64,000 nucleotides of DNA from assembly GCF_902713615.1 (NCBI RefSeq), contig NC_052154.1, positions 80,641,072 to 80,705,071 of the forward strand. Direction: 5' to 3'. This document shows, piece after piece, positions 1-9,700 of this stretch. This stretch comes from Scyliorhinus canicula (taxonomy: Eukaryota). The notes below the pieces were generated by a model that ran no database searches, was not told where the DNA came from, and worked only from the letters and a program-made list of their open reading frames with translations. The first letter of the stretch is position 1. Each line of letters opens with the position of its first letter. The translations under genes were made by a program, and so were the position numbers.

Positions 1-2792
1 TTAGAGATAAAGGGGGGACCTCGGTGCGAAGTGCGGTGGGACTAAACGGGGTATTTAGAGACTTTTATGAGGGGCTGTATAGGTCGGAGCCCCCGACAGA
101 GGAGGGGGAAGATGCGCCGGTTTCTGGACCGGCTGAGGTTTCCGAAGGTAGAGGGGGGCAGGTGGCGGGGCTTGGGGCACCGGTAGGGCTGGAGGAACTG
201 GCTAAGGGGCTGGGGAGTATGCAGGCGGGGAAGGCACCAGGGCCAGATGGGTTCCCGGTGGAATTTTACAGGAAGTATATGGACCTGCTGGGCCCACTAC
301 TAGTAAGGACTTTCAATGAGGCAAGGGAGGGGGGGATCCTACCCCCGATGATGTCTAGGGCGCTGATCTCGCTGATCTTGAAGTGGGACAAGGACCTCTT
401 ACAGTGTGGGTCGTATAGGCCAATCTCGCTCCTCAATGTGGATGCAAAACTGTTAGCGAAGGTGTTGGCTACTATAATTGAGGACTGTGTCCCGGGGGTC
501 ACCACGAAGACGAGACAGGTTTCGTGAAAGGAAGGCAGCTAAACACCAACGTGCGGAAGCTCCTAAATGTAATCATGATGCCGGCAGTGGAGGGGGAGGC
601 GGAGATAGTGGCGGCTATGGATGCGGAGAAGGGTGATAGGGTGGAGTGAGGGTACCTGTGGGAGGTATTGAGGAGGTTCGGGGAGGGGTTCGTCAGTTGG
701 GTTAGGTTACTATACGAAGCCACGGTGGCAAGTGTGGCCACGAATCGGAGGAGGTCGGAATTGTTTCGGCTGTACCGGGGGATGAGGCAGGGGTGCCCCC
801 TATCCCCCCTACTATTTGCGTTGGCAATTGAGCCTTTGGCGATGGCTTTGAGGGAGCTCCAGGAACTGGAGGGGGCGGGTGCCGGGGGGAAGGGGGGAGG
901 AACACCGGGTATCGCTGTATGCTGACGATCTGTTATTATATGTGGCGGACCCGGTGGGGGGGATGCCGGAGGTGATGCGGATCCTCAGGGAGTTTGGGGA
1001 CTTCTCCGGGTATAAGCTCAACATGGGGAAGAACGAGCTGTTCGTGGTACACCCAGAGGGCCAGGGAAGGGGGATAGATGAGATTCCACAGAAAAGGATG
1101 GAAAGGAGTTTTAGGTACATGGAGATCGAGGTGGCCAGGAGCTGGGGGCCCTACACAAGCTCAACTTGACGAGGCTGGTGGAGCAAATGGAGGAGGAATT
1201 AAAAGGTGGGATATTCTACCGCTCTCCCTGGCGGGTAGGGTACAGTCAGTGAAGATCACGGTGCTCCCGAGGTTCCTTTTTATATTCCAGTGCCTCCCCA
1301 TCCTGATCCCTAAGGCCTTTTTTAAACGGCTCAGCAGGAGCATTATGGGGTTTGTATGGGCTAAGACCCCGAGGGTGAGAAGGGTGTTTCTGGAGGGGAG
1401 CAGGGACAGAGGAGGGCTGGCATTGCCTAATCTGTGCAGGCACTACTGGGCTGCCAACGTGGCGATGATACGCAAGTGGGTAATGGAGGGGAAGAGTGTG
1501 GCATGGAAGAGGCTGGAGATGGCGTCCTGTGTGGGCACGAGCCTGCGAGCGCTGGTGATGGCGCCGCTGCCGCCCTGCCAACAAGGTACACCATGAGTCC
1601 AGTGGTGGCGGCGTCCCTCAAAATTTGGGGGCAATGGAGACGCCACAGGGGGAAGGTAGAGGCTTCGATATGGTCCTCTATCAGAGAGAACCATCGGTTT
1701 GTTCCAGGGAGAATGGATAGGGTGTTCCTGAGCTGGCACAGGGCAGGTATTAGAAGGATGGGGGACCTGTTTATAGATGGAACGTTCGCGAGCCTTGGGA
1801 CATTGGAGGAAAAATTCGGGCTCCCCCTGGAAATGCCTTCAGTTACATGCAGGTAAGGGCGTTTGTAAGATGGCAGGTGAGGGCATTCCCGCTGTTGCCA
1901 GCACGCAGGATCCAGGATAGGGTGCTCTGGGGGCGTGGGTTGGAGAGGGCAAGGTCTCGGCGATCTACCAGGAGATGCAGGAGGAGGAGGAGGCCTCGGT
2001 GGAGGAGCTAAAAGGTAAATGGGAGGAGGAGCTTGGGGAGGAGGTAGACGAGGGTACGTGGGCGGACTCCCTGGGTAGGGTAAATTCTTCCTTCTCTTGC
2101 GCCAGGCTTAGCCTGATACAATTTAAGGTTCTGCACAGGGCGCACATGACTGGGGCAAGGCTGAGCCGGTTTTTTAGGGCAGAGGACAGATGTGCGAGGT
2201 GTTTGGGGAGCCCGGCAAACCACACCCACATGTTCTGGGCGTGCCCAGCGCTGGATGAGTTCTGGAGGGGCATTGCGAGGACGGTGTCGAAGATGGTGAA
2301 CACCCGGGTTAAGCCGAGCTGGGGGGCTCGCAATATTTGGGGTATCGGACGAGTCGGGAGTGCAGGAGGCGATATTCTGGCCTTTGCGTCCCTGGTAGCC
2401 CGGCGGAGGATTCTGTTGCAAGGGAAGGATGCAAAGCCCCCAAGTGTGGAAGCCTGGATCAGCGACATGGCAGGGTTTATTAAATTAAAGGGGGTCAAAT
2501 TTGCCTTAAGAGGATCTGTGCAAGGGTTCTTCAGGCGGTGGCAACCGTTCCTAGACTTTCTAGCGGAGCGTTAGGAGATGGTCAGCAGCAGCAGCAACCC
2601 GGGGGGAGGGGGGTACTCTGTGTTTACTATTGTATTTATTATCGTTTATCGTTTAATGGGGGGCATGTAGTCTGGGGGAATGTGTGATATAGCTATACTC
2701 TGTTTATTTATGCGTTTTTTGTTGTTTCTCTTATTTTTGTTTGTTCTTGAAAATATGTGAAACATTTTGAATTAAAATTATTTTAAAAAAAA
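1..2792 (+). mobile_element. L1/Tx1-clade LINE, ORF2 RT and C-terminal region, frameshifted, with 3' UTR and A-rich tail
   Basis: ORF pieces [41 protein letters not shown] and CARCLGSPANHTHMFWAC lie in different frames; A-tail near 2785. Confidence 0.92.
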
Positions 2793-2823
2793 GAATCTTG
2801 CCATTCAGCATGGACTGCGCATA

Positions 2824-3158
2824 GGGTGGCATAGTGGCACAGTGGTTAGCTCTGCTGCCTCACAGTTCCAGGGACCTGGGTTCAATTCTGACCTTCGGTG
2901 ACTGTGTGGAGTTTGCACTTTCCCCCCGTGTCTGCGTGGGTTTCTTCTGGGTGCTCCGGTTTCCTCCCGCAGCCCAAAGATGGTTTAGATGGATTGGCCA
3001 TGCTAAATTGCCCCTTAGTGTCCAAAAGGTTTAGTGGGGTTACTGGGTTATGGGGATAGGGTGAAGGATTGGGCTTAAGTAGGGTGCTCTATCCAAGCTC
3101 TGGTGCAGATTTGATGGGCTGAATGGCCTCCTGTATTGTAAATTCTATAATTCTGTGA
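2824..3158 (+). mobile_element. tRNA-derived SINE (HE1/V-SINE-like, type A) with CR1-like 3' tail
   Basis: tRNA-like head (gtggttagc...ggttcaatt), core gggtgctccggtttcctccc, tail gggctgaatggcctcc...aaattcta; many copies in the window. Confidence 0.85.
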
Positions 3159-3386
3159 TACAAAGAAAAGTACAGCAAAGGAACGACCTTCAGAAGATGT
3201 CCTGTCGCCAGAAATGGATGAGCTGGAGGAAGGTAATATGGAGCCTGATGCTGACATACTTCCTGGTGTAGCCCTGCAAGTCCAGGCTCCAGCTGATGCA
3301 AGGGCCATTCAGAATAGGCTAGGAGGCGCTGCTTTTGGACGTTGAGTTTGTAAATTAATAACTGATATATCAATAGATGTAGATAT

Positions 3387-3955
3387 TGAGAAATTAGCAA
3401 AGCAATGTACACGGTGCCAGAAACACCAAACGTTCCCTCCAGCAGCTTCAATGCACCCATGTGAGTGGCTGGGCCGACCATGGTGCCGCCTCCATGTGGA
3501 TTTTACAGGAACTTTTAAAGGGGTGATGTACTTAATCATTGTGGATATGCATTTAAAATGGATGGATGTTCAGTGAATGACTTTGACGATATCATGAGCC
3601 TCAATCCTTTAGTGTTCATGGGTTTCTCAAGGTACTGGTCTCAGACAGTGGCACCACTTTTACAAGTTTGGAGTTCACCGATTTTCAAAAAAAAAAAAAG
3701 AGGTCCACCATGTATGAACCTCACTTTAGCACCTGTTATCCAATGGATTGGCAGATTGAGCAGTGCAGATGTTTAAACTCGGGATGCGGAAACAGACTTC
3801 GGGTTCCCCAGAAACCCGCCTCGCCCATTTCCTTTTTTACCATTGACCACTCTGAACACAACCACTAGGGTAGCACCCGCAGAGCTTTTGGTGGGACGTC
3901 GACTGCGCACACAGTTGAGCCTCATTTTACTGGACATCGGAGAAAGGATCCATGA
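3387..3955 (+). pseudogene. Gypsy/Ty3 LTR retrotransposon integrase remnant
   Basis: Degenerate reading resembles CQ..PP..HPWEWPGRPW.RLHVDF.G.FKG.MYLIIVD and TTP..TTRVAPAELLVGRRLRT.L, typical of Gypsy integrase cores. Confidence 0.7.
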
Positions 3956-3974
3956 CCATCGGAGAAAGGATCAT

Positions 3975-5860
3975 GGGAATGGACACAGATCCATAAGTGG
4001 AATCTGACCAGCCTGGCAGAGGAAGTCAAAAAGGACCTGCTGAGATGGGACGCACTCCCGCTCTCCCTGGTGGGGAGGGTGCAGACAATCAAAATGAACA
4101 TACTACTGAGGTTCCTCTTCCTATTCATATCCACACCTATCTTCATCCCCAAGGCCTTCTTCCACAACAAAGACAAAATGATCATGGCATTTGTGTTGGG
4201 AGAGGGGGAGGGGGGGGGGGGGGGGGGGGGGAGGTGAAGAATCCAAGAATCCCCAAATCAACACTGGAGAGGAGAAAAGTCATGGGCGGCGTGGCACTAC
4301 CTAATTTACAATACTACAACTGGGCAGAAAAGGCGGAGCGAGTGAGGAAATGGATATGCGAACCCACCATGGAATGGGGCAGATGGAGGAGTCTTCCTGC
4401 AAAGGAACGACCCTCTAGGCGCTTGCCACGGCAGCGCTCCCATTCCAATCCCCCGCTCCCCTGACAAAACTCACATGCAGCCCAGTGGAGGTAGTTACAC
4501 TAAGGACATAGAGCCAGATGAGACAACATTTCAGTCTGACAGGGATGTCCCCCATGGCCCCCATCTGTGGAAACCACAAATTTCCACCAGCCATGCTCAA
4601 CACCACTTTCAAGAAATGGAGACAAGATGGGGGACGTTAACAGTTAGGGCTTTTACATGGGAGACAGACTAGCGATACTGAGCGAACTGACGGGGGACCT
4701 AGAACTACCGACAGGACAGGAACTTAGACACCTTCAGGTAAAGCACTTTCTTTGCAAGGAGACAGTAGGATACCCCAGGACCCTAGGAACCACATTACTA
4801 GAGGACCTGATGAATATGGACAATAAGGAAGGGGGAAACAGTGGGAAAATCTACTAGGCAGGGAGAGACTGCCACTGGACAAAGCCAGACGGAAATGGGA
4901 AGATGAACTGGGGACAAAAGTGGGCTGGGGACTCTGGAGCGAAGCCCTGAGCAGGGCCAACTCCACCTTCTCCTATGCAAGGCTCAGCCCCATGTAGTTC
5001 AAAGTGGTGCACAGAGCACACATAATCAGAACCCGAATGAACAGGTTCTTCCTGGAGGTGGAAGATAAATGTGAACGGTGCCAGTGAGGGCCGGCCAACC
5101 ATACCCACATGTTCTGGGCCTGCCCCAGACTTGGAGGGTTCTGGACAGCCTTCTCCGAGGCGATGACCAAGATTGTGGGGGTGAGGGTTTAGCTGTGCCC
5201 GAGAATGGCAATCTTCGGGGTATCGGAGCAGCCAGAGCTACACATGGGGAAGGGGGCCGAAGCCCTAGCTTTCGCTTCCCTAATCGCCCACTGGACAATC
5301 CTGCTCGGCTGCTGATCAGCAGCATCACCCACAGCTGCAGACTGGCTGACAGGCTTGGCGGAATTTCTCCACCTGGAGAAGATCAAATACACCATCCAAG
5401 AGTCGGACGAGCGCTTGCACAAAGCATGGGGACCATTCGTCAGCCTGTTTCAAGACCTGTACGAAGCCAACAATAACTAGGGAAAAAGCGATAGATGGGA
5501 GAAAGCAGAGATACAAAACTTCAATCGGAAGGATGAGGAAGAGAGGAGGAAACAAAGGGGAAATAAGGGAAAATGTGGGGGAGAGAGAGGTGGAAATGCC
5601 TTCCAACCCACATTGCCGACAACAGAAAAAATAAAGGGAAGGGGGGGGGGAGGGGGGAATCAGAGCTGGGGGACAGAACACCCAGAACGAAAGAGGGGGA
5701 TACCAAGGAGGGGACAGGGAGGCCAGGGAAAGTGGAGGGGGGGGGGGGGGGGGGGGGAGGAATCACCAAGAACAACTGTATGTACATCCGTGCTGTAACT
5801 ATTGAATGTAAAGTTTTACTGTGTATAATTGAAAATGCCAATAAAACTATTCAAACAAAA
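3975..5860 (+). mobile_element. 5'-truncated L1/Tx1-clade LINE (second, more diverged family), ORF2 C-terminus and 3' UTR
   Basis: Fragments LSLVGRVQTIKMNILLRFLF, GGVALPNLQYYNWA, FKVVHRAH and CERCQ..PANHTHMFWAC; ends aataaaactattcaaacaaaaa. Confidence 0.85.
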
Positions 5861-6149
5861 ATGTCGATACTGGTCCCGTAATGACTACCGGATGAAGTAC
5901 AGCAGAACCACTCAGACGATGCCCCCGGTCCGTTATAACCCTCCAGACCCAGAACAGCGGACACTAGGCAGCCCCGGTCAAAGAGAGCAAAGGATTTCCC
6001 CCTCCCACCGTGGAAATGGGACTGGGGGGGGGGGGGGGGGAGCGGGGGATGTCATTCTTCAGGAGGCCGAGGAATCTGCAACCTCAGAGCCTCCCTGTGG
6101 CCTCACCTCAATACGATCAACCCCTTGCAACCAGAGACTTCTGAGACAC

Positions 6150-6312
6150 AACAATAACTTTTTGTCACAAGTAGGCTTCAATGAAGTTACTGTGAAAAGC
6201 CTCTACTTTGCCACGCTCCGGCGCCTGTTCAGGGGGCCGGTACAGGAATTGAACCCGCTGCTGGCATTACAAGCCAGCTGTTTAGCCCACTGTGCTAAAC
6301 CAGTCCCGCTAT
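6150..6312 (-). mobile_element. SINE (type C: alternative tRNA-like head, L2-like gtgacaataa tail)
   Basis: Matches copies at 8259-8441, 30830-31010, 38891-39077 and 58190-58352. Confidence 0.75.
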
Positions 6313-6392
6313 AAACAGAACAGACCACCAGCCTGAAGGGAGGGAACCGAGTGGACATCACGGCTCACTCAACCCCAGGCTAACAGCACAAA

Positions 6393-6400
6393 CACTTCCT
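6393..6400 (-). promoter_or_regulatory. Candidate ETS/PU.1 site (AGGAAGTG on the minus strand) in the putative promoter of the IgSF gene
   Basis: cacttcct about 290 bp upstream of the ATG, in a repeat-free, CpG-containing stretch; motif match only. Confidence 0.3.
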
Positions 6401-6681
6401 CCCCTCTCGCATGGCGTGACCTTTGATTTCAGCTTGAGATTAAAAAAAGTGTCAAATTTGGTGAGAGCGGAACCAGCGCAATTTCTGCTTAAAGCTCAGC
6501 GTGGTCTGTGGACCCCACGTACCAAGTTCACCCAGTATAGAAACCGCAAGATTGCAAGTCTGACATTGAACTACTGCACATCGAGTCAACTGGAAAACAA
6601 AAGTTACCCTCCTCCACCAACGCCCCGCCCAAACCAGCCGAGGGCCTGGTGCCCAGACGGGATTCAGCTCCAAATATCAGT

Positions 6682-6736
6682 ATGTCTGGAAGAACCTCAC
6701 TTCGGCCCATCCTCATCCTGGCCCTTTCTTTCACAG
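6682..6736 (+). CDS. Exon 1: signal peptide MSGRTSLRPILILALSFT
   Basis: ATG with A at -3, basic N-region plus hydrophobic core, donor ag|gtactg, phase 1; 236-bp intron to the V exon. Confidence 0.85.
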
Positions 6737-9700
6737 GTACTGTGTCTTCAGTTTAACAACACAAATTAAGATCACAAAAATCATCAGAAAGTATGTAAGT
6801 TACATCGCAATTTAGAGCTTGGGTAGGTTTCTATTGTTCTTTACGTAGTTCCTCTGCTCTGGTATTAAAAAGGGCAATATTTCGAATTGTTGGCGGTTGT
6901 TTCCCCAAAAATATTCCACTTGCCCTCTTCCTCCCAGAAATAAATAATTTATTTTGTTTTTGTTTGTAATAGTAGCGGACACAGCCGACAGAGTGGGACA
7001 AATGCTTGATGTGAAAAATGCAATCGCAGGAGGGACGGTGAATTTTTACTGCATGTTCCCGCTGTTCAGGGACAAATCTAAAATCGCAGTGCAGTGGTGG
7101 AGAGGTGGCGAACGGGAATTCCTGAACCCGCAGGAACATCCCCGATTAAGCTTCCACATTGAGAGCAAAGCGAGCGCCATTCTGCGGATTCACAAAGTGC
7201 GCTTTGAAGATGCCGGATTTTATTATTGTAGAGTGCAGGGCGAAATTAAAGGGAATGGAACCGGGGAAGAGCTGACTGTGAGCGGTGAGTGACCTTTCAC
7301 AGCGACCGGGGAAACACAACAATGTAATTTACAAGTTATACCAATCGGGGCTACTTAGGGATCTGGGACAGAGGGATCGCGTCAGAAAAGGGCTGGGATG
7401 GACACAGCTAATTGCCGTTAATTTCTCACTTGTGACCTTCCATTCTGGTACATTTCCAGTGCACAGCTGGCCATTGCTTCCATTCTGGTACATTTCCAGT
7501 GCACAGCTGGCCATTGCTTCCATTCTGGCACATTTACAGTGCACAGCCGACCATTGCGACTGCGGTAGGAAGCTGGCAGAATTTGAGACATCGCGCACTG
7601 GACACGGGACGTCGGCGCTTTTGTTGCTGAAAGTTCAGAACAAAAAGGCAAAGACCCAGTATTGCGCAAAGCGGCTCCGTGCTCCGCTTTATTCTGCTAT
7701 TTCGTAATCATTTACTGCAGAAAAAACAAAGAAACAGAGACATAGAAAATAGGCGCAAGAGTAGGCCATTCGGCCCTTCGAGCCTGCATCACCATTCAAT
7801 ATGATCATGGCTGACCATAGCAAATTCAGTATCCCACTCCCACTTTCTCTCCATACACCTTGATCCCTTTAGCTGTGAGACCCACGCCCACCTCCCTCTT
7901 GATTATATCCACCTACCTGGCCCCAACACCTTTCTGTGGTAGATAATTCCACAAATTCACAACTTTTTGAGAGAAGAGGTTCTTCCTCAGCTCAGTCCTG
8001 AATGTCTTACCCCTTATTCTTCAGCTGTGACTTCTAGATCTGGACGTCCCCAACATTCATTTTAAATATGCATTTCACAATCTCCTCTAACAATTGCAAG
8101 GTGTCTATGTGGAATGTAACAAACGTTTGCTAATTTCTGTTACCTCCAGTCCAGTGAAATCACCCCATGTCAGTGAAATCATTATTACCTTCTGTATAAC
8201 TATCACCTCATGTCCAGTAAAATCACTACAGTATCACCTCATGTGCAATGAAATCATTAATAATAATCTTTCTTATTGTCACAAGTAGGCTTACATTAAT
8301 ACTGCAGTGAAGTTACTGGGAAAAGCCCCTATTCGCCACATTCCGGCGCCTGTTCAGGTGACCGGCACAGGAATTGAACCCGTGCTGCTGGCCTTGTTCT
8401 CCATTACAAACCAGCTGTCTAGCCCACTGAGCTAAACCAGCACAAATCCAGTGAAATCACCATCACCTCACATGCAGTGAAATCATTATCACCTCCTGTG
8501 TTACTGTCCCTCATGTCCAGTGAAATCACTCTCACCTCTTGTCCAGTGAAATCACTGTCGTCTCATGTGCAGTGAAATCACCATCGCCTCATGTGCAGTG
8601 AAATCACTCTCACCTCCGTCCAGTGAAACCACTAACTAATCCTTCAGCCTTGAATCGTTTATTTTTTGATCAAAATCCGCTATTTACAACGCGTTTAAAA
8701 CCTTTCATTTTTGTTAACTCCACCCCCCCCCCCCCCCCCCCCCCCACCTTTAAAAGGGTATTCTGGGGCTTTTAGAAATGAAAATTGCAGCCTTGGCAAC
8801 ATGGAAGTGTAAACCTTGTCCAAGGTTGCGGGTTGGAATCTTTTGTAGAATAAAAATGAAATTTGAAGATGTTAGAAATCTTCAGCCGGCCTCTGTGGTG
8901 AGAGAAGCGTGATTAACGTTGAGAATTGAATATGACTTTTACTTCGGAAGAAGATGAACGATATTTCCAAAGTTCTTGCTGATAATTTGGAGGCATTGTC
9001 AGCGGAACTGGGTTAAAAAAGGGTCTGATTAACATGGAAACTTTCGAGTGAAGAATTATTGACTTTACAGAATGTCGCGTATAATTTATCCCGTCAGGTT
9101 GACGGGATCTTAAATCATTGGGTGCCTGGAGCGAAATGGTTGCTTTGTTTGAACGAGTTTGCTCCAGTTATCCAATGAGTAGATTTCCCCAAAGACACAG
9201 TGCAATCCCAGTCGGGTCAGAAAGATTTTCTAGATGTGCAGCGGATTACAACCGGATTGTGATATCCCGCCGACTCGAGTTAGTATTGGATTCTGGAGCA
9301 TCTTCTGCCTTTGTGTGTTTTTAAAAAATGCTCCGATTATGTTATAAAATCCGGCGGACCCAACATGGTCCATTTTACACATTAGTGGGAAATTAAATGA
9401 CTCTGTAGTCAGAGGTACACCTTTGGAATAAGAGAGATGATAAGTGAATCGCCATGTCACACCTCTCCCAAGTTTTAATATTGATATCACCCGTTAAGCG
9501 CTATTGCCAAAATCACTCCCAGTCACCCTTAACTATTGTTGCGAATTATTAATTAAACTGCAATTTACTGGCTGTCCATTCCCCTGTGTTAACTGATCAT
9601 TTTGTTTGAAACTCACGGGCCACATATAAAGAATCACAGCACTAAACACCGAATTTCCAGCATTACACAGGAAAAACATCCTCTCTAAAAGGCGCGAAAG

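Noticed and set aside
2824-2900. tRNA-like sequences at SINE heads (many copies)
   Set aside because: Pol III A/B-box heads of SINEs, not complete cloverleaf tRNA genes
6416-6769. 117-aa ORF overlapping the gene start
   Set aside because: Different frame from the leader peptide, non-ATG start and no domain features; the leader exon is better explained by ATG 6682 and the donor at 6737
7285-7660. Possible RSS downstream of the V exon (cacagcg at about 7298, cacagct in the 40-bp repeat, acaaaaagg at 7640) and cactgtg at 10162
   Set aside because: No heptamer is paired with a nonamer at 12 or 23 bp spacing
7285-7707. ORFs through the 40-bp repeat
   Set aside because: Products of a tandem repeat in intron 2, with no coding signature
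7441-8635. Regularly spaced repeats superficially like a CRISPR array
   Set aside because: Units are contiguous tandem copies without unique spacers, the context is eukaryotic, and there are no cas genes
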